In this document: positions 14,834 through 28,385 of the stretch, piece by piece
Numbering within the stretch: the first letter of the stretch is position 1
Layout of the letters: each line of letters begins with the position of its first letter
Assembly: GCF_009914755.1 (NCBI RefSeq)
Contig: NC_060940.1
Source: the human T2T-CHM13v2.0 reference genome, Homo sapiens
Reading direction: 5' to 3' (one strand)
DNA: 64,000 nucleotides
Program-made: the position numbers and the translations under genes
The notes under the pieces: generated by a model
Database searches by the model: none
What the model was told of the DNA's origin: nothing
Seen by the model: the letters and a program-made list of their open reading frames with translations, nothing else

Positions 14834-14887
14834 AAAACAAAATACCACCCTCCGCCAGAAAAGTGCAGAATAAAAATTTTCCACTAG
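14834..14887 (+). CDS. WWOX: Alternative terminal coding exon of the truncated WWOX isoform (FOR III / exon 6a), encoding KTKYHPPPEKCRIKIFH*
   Basis: Acceptor tcttttgtttgtatcttacag ends at 14833. Phase-0 frame AAA ACA AAA TAC CAC CCT CCG CCA GAA AAG TGC AGA ATA AAA ATT TTC CAC TAG. Matches the recalled C-terminus ...EEW|KTKYHPPPEKCRIKIFH of the short WWOX isoform. Too short for the ORF track. Confidence 0.9.
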   Translation, partial: KTKYHPPPEKCRIKIFH

Positions 14888-14901
14888 CAAAAGAAGGAAA
14901 A

Positions 14902-14970
14902 AATAAAAGATCTTGAATAGTCTCATCAATTACATCTTCTTTTGTGGGTATTTCCTGGTCTTTTCATGTT
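14902..14970 (+). terminator. WWOX: Polyadenylation signal of the short isoform with U/GU-rich downstream element
   Basis: AATAAA at 14902-14907, 14 nt after the stop; tcttcttttgtgggtatttcctggtcttttcatgtttt follows. Confidence 0.75.
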
Positions 14971-16919
14971 TTGACTTCTATCTCGGTGATCTGACAGACA
15001 TGTACGATTTGCAACAACATCTATTATATGATTTAATTTATACCTTTATCAGTTTGCAGTTATGCTTTACGACTCTTCAGGTGACTAAAGAAAAAGAGGG
15101 TGTTTTAAAGTGTGTGTGTTTGTGTGTGCGTGTACGTGTATACATGTGTTTTTCTGTGTACATAAGTGTGTGTGTTTTAAATTGTTTGAAAAACACTAGT
15201 CCATCTCTATTGTATTATCTGAGGGATGCTAGCTCGTTACTTGGGATAGTAACAAGTTTCTTGGTGACAACTCCTCCTCCCATTGTCAAGGAAGACTGAG
15301 GATGTCACCAGAGTTCGCTGTCAATGGCTATTCAGATGAAAAATACCTTCTTTTTGAATAAGTAGAAAAACCATGGGGGATTGAAATAGCAATAATATAT
15401 TAAAAGCTCCAAGGCAGTTATGTGTGAAGAAATAAAGAACAGAACAGAGAGATTGTGTTGTTTTAAAAAGGGCTATTTAAGAGTCTTGAAAAGAGTGTGT
15501 GTGTGTAGGGGGACACCTCCCTCTCATATTAAGTATTTTGCAAATTAAATGAGTTTCATTCTCCTATAAAATATGAGTCTAATCACATTTTATATGATTG
15601 TAAAATGTGTCTACTTTTGTCTCTATCTTTCATGGAAAAAAGAAATATTCCCAAAGTATATTATAAAAAATAATTAATAAGCAACTTTTCATCATTATTT
15701 TCTGAGGTTAATTATTACCCTAAGAAATCAATTTCAATTTCTTCAGTTTGAAAGACTCATTTGTGATGGGGTGTTTCCAAAAAGAGAGTTAGTTAAATGC
15801 TATATGGAAGCCTTCATTCCCTAAAGAAAATGCCTCTGCTGCTGGCAGTGATTTATCCAGAGCTGTCTCACCCATTTATGCCCCATGCCAGGAGAATGTA
15901 TGGAAAATGTAATAGAGCTATTAGAATCCAGTGTAGTAGATTGGTAATAGTAAGGAACAACAGTTGTCTTCACATTGTTAAAATAAAAGTGAGATACCCT
16001 TTAATCTTCGCAAAGGGAAATAACTCTTCTGCTAACCCTCCTGCCCAACCTGAGATGAAGTATCAGGGGATGCAGTATGGATGTATTTTCCTGACGATTG
16101 GTCCTGCTGTCCTGGGACCCAGGTGTGAGTGCATAGGGAAAAGGGAGGAGAAATTTAATCCTGTAACTATCTCCTTATGGAAAACAGGAAACCACAAATG
16201 AATCAAATGAATCCGTTTCCCCTCTTTCTGATCCTCTGCAAAAGTCATCAAAATCACTCTGTTCTCACCAGGCAACTGGAGTTTCGTCAGCTGAGTCTAG
16301 AGTGTTCCAGGCAGTTACAGCTAATCATGGCAGGCTCTACCCAACTGGGGGAACAATTTAGCTGTTGTGGGATTTCCCTTTAAATTAAATATGTTCTTCA
16401 GGTACAGTTTTTTAAAACCAGTTTTTCTCCCCCACTTTTAACCTACTTTATCGTCCATTGCTGGGCCTAGAATTGCATGTCCATTGGCATGGCTGACGTT
16501 ATATATAAATATTTGGAATTGTAGTTGTAATGATAGATATTATATATATTTCACATGTTTTAAGATTAACATATTAACAGTTTGTGATATTCAACAAAGA
16601 ATGCAATAACTTCTGCGAAACAGGTAAGAGAAACAACCAGTCACTTGATCTGGATATTGAGACGTTACCTGTAGGATATGTATTAGGCTGTTCTTGCACT
16701 GCTGTAAAGAAATGCTTGAGACTGGGTAATTTATAAGAAAAGAGGTTTAATTGGCTCACAGTTTTGTAAGTGGTACAGGAAGCATAGCGGCTTCTGCTTC
16801 TGGGGAGGCCTCAGGAAACTTACAATCATGGCAGAAGGCAAAGAGAGAGCAGCAGGTGACATGGTGACAGTGGGAAGTGACAGAGCGTGGGGTGGGGGTG
16901 GGAGGTGCCCCACTTTTAA

Positions 16920-17422
<503 letters not shown>

Positions 17423-17741
17423 TTAAAATGACCAGATCTCCAGAGATCTCCCTCACTGTGGTGAAGACAGCGCCAAGCCATGAGGGCTCTGCCCCAGTGA
17501 TTCAAATACCTCCCATTACGGACATGTTTCAACATGAGATTTGGGCAGGGACAAATATCCAAACTATATCAGGATCCCAGCAGACTGGGTGGGTGGAGGT
17601 TCAGGGATATCTGGGAAGGACTAAGAATAGCTTTTTCTTTTAGTAGATCAGGAGTTTCCTCTTACACACAAAAAGCTCCAAATTCAAACTAGCTTAAGAG
17701 GAAAGGGTCATTACTGGCTGACAAAATGCGAAGTTTTGTGC

Positions 17742-18060
17742 AAGAGTCAGCAAAGTTTCTCTGTGATGGGATATTTAATAAATATTTTGGGGCCTTGTAG
17801 TGTTTGTTGCCAACTACTCAACTCTGCCCTCATAGTGCGAAAACAGGCATAAACGACATGTAAAGGAGCAGGCATGGCTGCGAGAAACTTTATTTATGGA
17901 TACTGGAATTTGAATTTCATATACATTTTCATGTGTCACAAAATATTATTCTTTCCCCCCCGCCCCCAACCATTTAAAAATGTGAAGCATTTTTAGCCTG
18001 TGTGCTGTATAAGAACACAGCCGTGTTTGGCCCAGCGGTTATAGTTTGCCAACCCCTGCT
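17742..18060. mobile_element. MER58B-like MITE
   Basis: gtcagcaaagtttctctgt...caactactcaactctgcc...tagtttgccaacccctg. Confidence 0.75.
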
Positions 18061-18825
18061 TAGAGTCTAGCTTTATTCAGAGCTTAAATATGTCATTGAG
18101 GTCCCCTCTTTACTTAATCCCTTAGTTTTGATGATCTTTTATGGGTTATATTCTTCAAAGGGAAAATTCTCTCCGAATGGGGCTGCCGCTGGCAGGCGAG
18201 CACTGTCCCATCTTGGCTTGTTCCCCCAGTGACAAGAAGCTGTTTTCCCCACTACCCTTGGCCCAAAAGCCACAGGGAGAACCAGGATTGGCCTAGTTTT
18301 AGGCAGACACCTATCCCTGAATCAGTCATGTCCCCGGATGATGCGGTTCTCTGCAGCCTGGGCAGTCAAGGCTGGAGATAATTCTCTGCTTCTCCACGGA
18401 GTCTGAGAGGCCCCGTTCCCTAATGGTAAAATGAGGTCCAATTTTGCAAAAGGAGGCACCTGGGGAAACATTCTGGACACACAAATCTATAGCTTCTACC
18501 GTCAATCTGCTATGATCCTTTTATGGTTCTGACGTTGCAATTTTATTTTTGCATGTTTCTAGAGACATCAGGAGGGGATCTTTTCGGGATGTGGCTTCAA
18601 AAAGGAGCCTGTTGGATGGTCTCTTACTAGTGGTCAGCAAAGAACAGTTCTTTTGTAAATTGCACTGCATTAAGAGCATTCCTGTTTCCATCTCATTGAT
18701 ACCTGCCTTGCGTTCTGTTACCTGGAAGCACAGGTCAAGGTAGTCTTCTTGTTCCACTGATTTGATGGGGGTCAGGATGCTTTCAGAAAGGAAGTGAGAA
18801 GAGTGGCTTAGAACAGGGAAAATGT

Positions 18826-19162
<337 letters not shown>

Positions 19163-21382
19163 TTAGCTGAAGATCAGCTTCAGCTTGATCCCACGGGAAG
19201 CTCTGGAGGGTGAATTGTACAGCAGAGTTGGTCCTGACTGAGACCAGGGCCTGGCTGACCTATGGCAGTCAGCGATGAGCCAGTGTCTGCTGGGGAAGAG
19301 GGCGGCGTGGACATAGCCTCTCAAGTGGGGCAGGAAGGGGTAGCTGTGAGATACTAGCTAATTCTTACAGCTTCTGGGTTCACCAGCCCGGCAGGAGAAT
19401 CTGGGTTGAGGAGGCAACATGACAACGTGCCTACCTTCACCAGAGAGACTGCTGTCAAAAATCACTCCATCCATGCAAGGAGGAACGATGCAGACACAGA
19501 AATTCTCTGCTGTGAGGGCCAGCACTGTAGTATTTACTGACCTGCTCCCCACTCCACACCTCCAAGTGCAGGTGTACAGACTGACATCAAACCTTTCATC
19601 CCGCCCTCGGCCTCATACCTGCTTTCCACTCTGTGACCTATTTACTTCGATGGAGTCATTTTCAAATAACTTTTGTTTAGTGAAACTCAAGGCTTTTCAG
19701 GATGCTGTGCTAATGTCTTCCTTTTTTAATTGAGTAAATATATTATACACAGCTGGGTAGGTTGTTTCCTTGCTGGCCTTACTGCTACAATTTGAAAACG
19801 GATACAGTTTTCTTTAACTCACATAGGATGAATGTGGCATTTATTCCTGGTTTCCTGTGGCTCTCCTCCTTTAGAAAACGTATTTACATGGACGTTTTTG
19901 AAGCACTTCTTAAGACATCGAAAAATTAAAAAAGAAAAAAAAAAAGAAGAAAAATCTCTTTTCCCTCCCCCAAACAATGGTTACATAGTGACAACAGTGG
20001 GTTGAGCTAAATTCAGCTACGTCAAGGAAGAGCAATAAAAGGAGATGGATTGTTCTCTAAGCTTCACTTTATTGGATATTGTAATTGACATATAGTTGTC
20101 ATTTATAATCATCTGTCCATTCCTGTGAGGTGGGAGCAGTAAAGTTAATTGTGGCAGCTCATTTGCATTAATCTCACCTCTGAAGGGTACAGTAACCCAT
20201 TAATATCACGTCATGATGAATTATCACAAATAACATTGAACATATTGATTAATGATCTCTGAGATTTGTATCTCGTTAAAACATTTTGTTAGCTCTTTAA
20301 ACTTTTAAGCCAACAACCATTGCGTGTAGGAGGGGTTTAGAGATCATCTGAGAGGTGGTGGTGGGTGGTGGTGTACTTTGTAGGGTCACTGGTTTAAGGG
20401 GTTGGACAACCCGTTCCCATCTGATTTTCCTCTTCTTCGGGAGCCAAGTACTTTTTGTTGGTAACTTCCGTCTACTTTTTGCAGGATAGTGGTTTCTTCA
20501 AAACAGTGGCTTCTTTGATTGTAAGGTGGCTCCGATTCTCAAATGGAATGATTTTCTTAAGATTTTTAAAAATTACCCCTTCAACACCTTAAGTGCTGGC
20601 TTTCTGAACCTCTTGCCCACCTAGGCATGCCTGCTACTTTGAAGTGGCAAGAGTTATCTTTGTCTATTACATCAGCATTCCCAAACTTACATGTTAACAT
20701 AAACATGGAGCTCAGAGGAAATGTGTTGTTTGAGATGAACCATCGTTTCAAATGTCACTTACTTCTTGTTTTATAAAGTATCATTACTCTTTTCTTGGAC
20801 ACAGTCTCATCTTTGAGGTGTTTGCAGATTTTATCTCCTGTGGACATTTCTACAAAATCAATCAACAAACTTGAGCAGAGAAATCATCATACTAGCCACA
20901 CACACTCTGCAGGCATTAATAAAATAATAGTAAATTCTCTTTAACCAAGTCCTTTGCAGAATTTCCTGGTAGAAGTTTAAATGCAATAGATGCAGTAAAG
21001 AAAAGGGTTGGCTTAAGAGTTGACTTACAAAGCTTGGTCCTAACAGCTTTTTCCTTTATCTGTTTCAAGAGTCATACGATATTTGATCTTTCAAACTTAC
21101 GTATTTCTTCCATTATGTTTAGTATTAGTTTCGTTTTCTCAAGATACATATTTAACAACTAGCAAAATGTTGGAAGCGGTCTCCTCTGCTGTCTATTTAG
21201 GGAAAATGGAACTGATCTTTCTGAAATAGGCATGCATGTAATGATGATGTCATTAATGCTTGGCTAGCTGGTGGACTTAAACCCAGAGGGCACTTCTGAA
21301 AAGGGGCAAAGTGCATCTGCTTCTGCTTTGTTTATAGACTGTCAGCCTTGGATCTGTCACTCCCTCAGAAGGGAAGGATTGA

Positions 21383-21695
21383 GGCCAGGCAAGGTGGCTC
21401 ACATCTATAATCCCAGAACTTTGGGAGGCGAGGTGGGAGGATCACTTGAGGCCAGGAGTTCGAGACTACCCTGGGCAACACAGTGAGACCCTGTCTCTAC
21501 TAAAAAAAGAGAAAACAAAATTAACCGGGCTGGGTGGCACCCACCTGTAGTCCTTTGGAGGACTACTTGGGAGGCTGAGGCAGGAGGATCACTTGAGCCC
21601 AGAAGTTCAACATTATAGTGAGCCACTGTACTCCAGCTGGGTAACAGAGTGAGACCCTGTCTCTGAAAAATAAAAACTAAAAAAAAAATTAAGTT
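21383..21695 (+). mobile_element. AluJ
   Basis: ggaggatcacttgaggccagg; TSD agaagggaaggatt/agaagggagggatt. Confidence 0.92.
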
Positions 21696-24600
21696 AGAAG
21701 GGAGGGATTACGACCCTCATGTGTATCAAGAAACAAGCTCCATGAAGCCCCATAGGATGGCTCAGCACCAGAACGAGGTCTGACTGTTAAGCAAAGTCAA
21801 GTGCATGATGGCTGAACATTGCTGGGGGAAGATTTTGCAATTATGCATTGTTTGTGCCTTTAGCCAGTAGGTAAGGACAGTGGTACCATTCTGACGGACT
21901 CTCGGATGCTTGGTTTTATGGAGGGATCTTAAAACAGTAATCGGCCCATATGTGCAGCAACCTTTGCACCTAAATAGCTGAGGACAAAGTAGGTTGCTTA
22001 CTTCAAGAGCCCTTCCCTTTCTCTTCTTTGTCAGGCCTGTAATGTTCCTCACCCACTGAGTATTTAATATCTGTGTTTTCACATCAAAGAACAAGCTTTC
22101 TGTCTCCCAGGATAGTATCTTGTAAAGCCAGCCTCTTTATTACTTCACCAGTTTTAAGGCTTTATTACTTGCGACCTAAAGCCTGCTAGTGAATTATGCA
22201 TGTTAGAACTCACAGCACCGTCTCTGCCCACTCTTTTGCCACCTTTTTGGGGGTCCAAAAAGTACAAGGCGAGATCGACGTGTGTTCATTCCCATCCATG
22301 GTATTAATCCTTATTCATTTAAAAAAATCTGCTAACGGAAATATTTCCATTCAGCTCATTAATCAATTGTGATTTTCATTCCCTTGTTTTGTAAAAGCTG
22401 TTGCAATAAATACTTTTTTCACAAGGCGAAAATCCAAGAGATGGATGCAGCCAGCGTAATTAATTGCACCCAGTTACAGGAGATCAGCAAGTTTGTGAGA
22501 TTCACATGCTGCTGTACCATATGGTTGCCCAGTGGGCGAAAAATTTGATTAATGTTTTGAAGTAGATTTTTTTCAGCAAATATTGCAGCCCCAGATGAGG
22601 TGGGGGTTGTCCCCCCCTTTTACTTTCTAGTATTGTTAGACTTAGCTGAAGGAAACAATCCTCTGATTTAAAGCTTAATAATACTGTGATTCAGTGAAAA
22701 CTTAACATGCGATAAAAATTACATTTCTCTCATCTCTTGTGGATACAGAAAAATAATACATGATGTCTTCGTTTGTAATTAAGGAAAATGTGATCGTTGG
22801 ATTCTAAAACTTGATTCTTGATTTTTTTTTTCCCCTAAGAAATGGAACTGTGGTTTTCACTGATGCACTTTTGGTATGATTTATAAGTAGTATATTTGGG
22901 CAGACTCTTCATACTCAAAGCAGTAAAAAATAAAATAAAATAAAATACAATGAATCCACAAACAGCTTCTTCTTCATTATGTACCCTATACCTATTAGAG
23001 CATCATAAAATATAACTATATGAGTATCATAGAAAAGTTAAAGCTGTCTCTACTCTGTTATGCTAAGATATATTAGTTTCATAACCACTCAATATATTCA
23101 TAGTTAATTTATCCTTTATTTTAAAAAAATGTCCTGCAGATTTTAAAATCAATTTTATAGTTTCTTTTCTGTTTTTAGTTAGAAAGTTCATTTTATCTTA
23201 GCAGCTCCTTGTCATACTGGGCACCCATTCTCTTAGGATGCTGCCCTTCTGACTTTTTTCTCCAATACCTGGGAGGGAATTAGCCATTTGGTAATACAAC
23301 GGGACAAGCTTATGGTAGGTCTGACCTCAGCATTCAGAAAAACAATGTGAAATTTGTAATATGTGTCAGAACTGGCAATCAACGCCATAAGGACAATAAA
23401 ATAAAATACATTTCTCCACTTTAGTAAATGAGGCTTCATGCTTCCTATGGCATAACTTTTTTGTTGTTGTTGTTTTTTCTTTTCTTTGAAACGGTTTTAA
23501 ATTTCTAATTGCCTAAGCAATCTATGACACTCCTTCAATCTTAATGTCTGTTGAAATGAACTAGCATCTCAAGCAGTTGGAGCATCATCTTTAACTAGAC
23601 ATCAACCTGGTTTTGAATCCTTTGAGTTTTGGCAAATAGAAAATTCATCCAGGGCCACAAAAAATATCTATAATTTTGACCCAGTTGTAGTCTAGAGAGA
23701 TACTTAGTTCAAAAAGAATTGTGTTATCGTCATCAAGCAAAACAACAGTATATGCTATCATCTCTGAGATGTCACACGATTATTGCTTTTTTTTTCCTTT
23801 TAAATTTTTTCTTTGTGTCTAAAGCAGTTTAAGAGCTCTAAGTGTGCTCTGTTTTCTGATGGCTTAACAAGGGACTGGCTCAATCAAAATAGAGAAGGAA
23901 AGGACGGAGACCAGGCCAAAACGGCCATCTCCTCTGATTTTCGATTCATGATATAAATTTTTAAACAAAAAAGTTACAGTGTTTTTGGTACTTTCACTAG
24001 GCTTCTAATTTTTTTTCCTAAACTTAAAAAAATTTTTTTAAGATCAATTATGTAATAATTAGCCACAAAGGCACAAGAACTGTTTCAGTAGTGGCCTGTT
24101 TTAATGTTCCATTCTGAAGAAACTGGTACAGCCTTTCTTTCCTGAGTTTGAGCTGAAACTCTCTCTTTCCCTTTTATCAGGTCGCTCAAAACAGATTTTT
24201 AGAGTGAAGCAGTTTTAGGGACAACATTTAGGAGAAACATTTCCCTAAGATTCCCTAACATTTTTTTCTTTAATTTAGCCATTTCTAATGAATATTTTTT
24301 AACTGTGCAATTTAAGTAATGATTTTTTTAATGCCTGCTACCTTCAAGACACTTCGTGTGGTCACCTCCAATTATAGACTAGGTTTTTAAATGAAAAACG
24401 GAAACACTTTTAAATTTTTATTTAATATGGCCGGTGAAACATGAACAATATATGATCAGTTGGCAGGAGACAGTGTGATGAATTATTTATGAGTTTACTT
24501 TTTTTTTTTTTTTTGCTTTAACAGCACATACATATATGAAATTCATTACCAAGTGATAGGACGGGTAACCCAGAGGTTCTGATGAGGGCCAGGACCTCAT

Positions 24601-27600
24601 GGTCATAAAAGTAACATTAGACCTATTCCTAGTAATTTGATCTAGGTTGGCCTGATTTTTGTTGTGGTGGCAGTGGTGGCTGTGGTTGTCAATTTAATGG
24701 AATGTATTTGGAAAGAGCAAGCTTCTTCCCAATGCAGTGTTTTCCCTGCAAAGGAGAAGAAATATATTTCTTGCCTCTCTTTCCTTAGTCCTGTGTGCTT
24801 CCCCTTGATTTCACCAGGACAATTTTATACCAATCCCTTGTATTTTAGAAGAGCCTGATACATTTGCAAGGTCTCTCTTTATATTCCTGAATTTTGCATC
24901 CCTAGACATCATCCTTTTTGAGAGAGAAAATTCCGAGTGTCAGTTTTCCTTTATCGGAACCTCCTTTTATTTGAACTAACCACAATGGGTCATAATTTAT
25001 AGGCCCAGTCAGCGCATCATTGCTCAGATAGAGTCATTTACCTACAAGTATCCATCAGTTAGGTGGGGGCTGCTAGATTTTTTAAGTGGAAAAAAATCCA
25101 AACAGGTTCAGGAAGAAGAAGAAAAAATCATCCTGGGGGCAGAAGAACAACAACAAAAAATTTTCCTTGGGGCCTTCCAATTTGAGATTGTTGAGTGTTG
25201 CCAAGCAAAACTAACACGCAGTGGGAAGGTTCTGCTTTTCTCACAAATTCTCGGTTAACACAAGGCGTGCCAACAGCTGGTAGAGCGAGAGTCAGGGTGC
25301 CAGGCTGAAATGGAGTGGAAGGCAGCCCTGGCTGGAAGTCTTGCTGGGAACCTGGAGCGCTGGGAGGTAAAACTTTACTTGGTGCTGGCAGCGTCACTAT
25401 GCCAGTCTGTTTCTTCCCGAGCTTCAGGCCATGCTGATGTTCAAGTTGAATAAATGAGAGCTAATGATTTTTTAAGGCGTTTTTAGTGAATTGCCGTGGG
25501 AATGCTAAGTTGGCAAGAATAAAACCTAGGCGAGGAGAGTTGATTTTTGATGACCCAAAGAAGGCATGTCCTAGAGTGGTTTAGTAGAGCTCGAATAGTC
25601 TAAGATTGTTCCACATCAGGAAAAGTGTACAGTTATCAGAATTACTTACTAATGAAAAAAAGGGGAAAAAAAGATTATTAGGCTGCAGGGTAGTGGGAAG
25701 GAACAGGGTAGCAACTCTACAGTGACTTGGTCTGAGAAACCCTGTAACTTGGATCCAGCCAGGGAAGTACTTTTCCCAACAATCGGTTCCGCTGTCCTGC
25801 TGTGACCAGTAACAGGGGAAAAAAATAAAACTCCCCTAAAGGTAAATGATTCACCTCATGAACGAAGGGAAGAATAAGAGACCTAAGTTTATATACACAG
25901 ATTCCAATTGTAAAATCAAACCTATTTTGTTTTCTAAATAAACAATATTTGAAAATACAACATTGCAGTCTTGTTTTCTTTTATACTGGCTAGGATGGTC
26001 TGGTCCTTTAGAGGAGGTCCTGAATAAAATAATATGGGCTGTAGAGAGAAACGCCGTTTGCTTGATAGGTGTTTTTGTAAAGGTTTTACTGGCCTACAGT
26101 GTCAGTACATTGCAAATTTAAGAATGTTCACTGACATTTTTAGTAGCCACTTAAAAAATTTTTCTAAGCAATGATGTCATTGTATTTTACTTATAATCAG
26201 AAGTACATCAGCCCGTGAATTTAGTTAAAGGTTTTTAATGTCACTTTTATTACATTTTTACTGTGCATTCATGTGCACACACACACTTTTAAGCATTTTT
26301 GATTTATATATCCCTCTGCATATTTTGTGCCTTGTGATGTGTTTAACGAATGACAGTGTCTTTAGTGCATTGCTATTTGGGGTTTCTACACTGGAAGTGT
26401 AATCCGAGGCCTTGGAATTGGTCAAACAAAACTCACTTGGCAACATTTACTTAGAGAGCACTCTGCGAGCACTCTGCGAGCGGACATGTCGATATCAGCT
26501 CCCTCCTCGTTCCCCCCCCCACCCCCCATCCCATGTTTATTTGTAATTAAAGTTAAGATGCTTGAGAATGGCTTTACCATTAATCTAGAAACATAGAGTT
26601 GTTTCCTGGTGAATGATGTATGACAGTTTTCTTTGTGCTTCCTCTGAATAGAGAGTAGTTTTTGTGGCATTGTTACAGAGAACAGCTTTCCTGTAGGGCT
26701 CACAGGCTCAACTGTTTCAAACTCCTGTTGTTCGGTAAATCTGTCAGAAGGGTCTGCAAGGGACCGTATTTATGAAGAGAGTGTAGAGTGGTCAGTCTAA
26801 AAAGCTCCTTAGTGTAGTACTTTGAATTTTAAATTACACACATAATTCAAAGGTAATGTAACTTGCCGTGTCGGACTTTAGTCCATTCCGTTAAATGGAG
26901 AAAAATGACTGACGTGAAGAATGACTTATTGATTCTCGGTGGGAAAATGACTTCTGTAATATGGGAAGTATGGTAAAAGGAATAGCTTAATTATTTAGGG
27001 AGCACTTTTCAAAATGTGCTTTTACAGCAGTACAAATTGTACGTATACAAATGGTATGACTAGGTTCTTTTTTTAAAAATTCTTTCATAGGAGAAAGTTA
27101 TGAGAAGGCTTATATTATTTCGTTGCTAAGGCAAAGTTTAATTTTGCTTAAATTCCTGTAAGACTAACTAAGAAAGGTAGGAGGAGTGATGAGCAGTTTC
27201 TTAACCCTTTAAGAAATATGACTTGTTCTAATTGCCTTTTCTTATTTACATTATACTTAGGCTGGTGTTAGGATGCCGTGGCTGCCAAGTTTACACAATG
27301 CACTTTCTCTCTCTCTTTCTTCTTTTGGTTTATGATGTTTTTCAATAGTGTCATGGAACTCACTTAATCTGATTTCATCAAGTAAATATATGGGAAGTTG
27401 AGATGACATATTTTTATCTGACATTTGAAGAAATATTCATAAAATAGCAGATAAAATATTTATTTTGGCCTTTTCATTCTGATCTCTCTTTTGACTCGAT
27501 GTGTATTCTTTGCTTAAGGACCACAGCCTAATGTTATTTTGACTGCATTTCACAGTGTTGGCGGCCTTTCAGATAAACAGCATATTTGTGGTTAATTGGC

Positions 27601-28293
27601 TGAACATGTTCTATAATTATAATTATATTAAAACCTTAATGTTCTTGAACGTTTGCCCGCGAAGGCCACTCACGTGAACTAAGTTATGTTTCTGTCGTTA
27701 TAACTGAGCTGGCTGGCGGCTGCCATTCAGCAATCCAGGCAGGACTGGGAACCTGGGAAAACTGCAGAGGTTTCTTATTATTTCGGTCTGAAACCGCTGT
27801 TTGGATAGTTTTAGAAGTTGACCATGAAAATTGCCTTCTGGTTGTAACTTGGATCCCCAGGTTTCAATCTGTGGGCTAACGTTTCTTGGGATTTTCAGAA
27901 AGGATTGGCTTGGCTTTTTATCAAAGTTACACAACGGCTGTAAAAAATAAATAAAAAAAAAGCAAAATTAGCACTTTATCAAGTTTGGGGCATATTTCCA
28001 AGGCCACCAGGGAGCAGGGAAAGTCACCAAAAGACCGCTCCTTGAAACCAGGCAAGAAGCCATCTTTGCAGTGAGCTGAGAGGTCTGATGGCCGCCAGCT
28101 GAGGGAGGGAATTCCCCTTTTGTGCCTTCGGGATTGATAGAGAAGCCCAGTGGACTTAGCATCTGGGAATCCCAGATTGATCTTTTCTGGATATTGGGTC
28201 AACCATAAGATGGTACCTTTCCCTGTGTAACAAAGTCAGATTCTGTGAAACACCTGTTTTTTGTATGGCTCATGAGATGAGGATGATTTTTAC

Positions 28294-28385
28294 CTTTTTT
28301 TTTTTTTTTTTTCCCTTGAGACAGTGTCATTCTATTGTCCAGGCTGGAGTGCAGTGGTGCAATCTCAGCTCATTAACCTCAGGTT
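28294..28385 (-). mobile_element. Alu 3' fragment inside a collapsed MER58
   Basis: Poly-T then gagacagtgtc...ccaggctggagtgcagtgg; MER58 ends on both sides. Confidence 0.8.

Noticed and set aside
16581-16623. Possible 43-nt cassette exon ending CAG|GTAAGA
   Set aside because: The acceptor lacks a pyrimidine tract; cannot be supported without transcript data.
21241-21299. C/D snoRNA-like ATGATGA...CTGA
   Set aside because: The core is only 59 nt, there is no terminal stem, no convincing C'/D' boxes, and no guide I recognise. Such motifs arise by chance.
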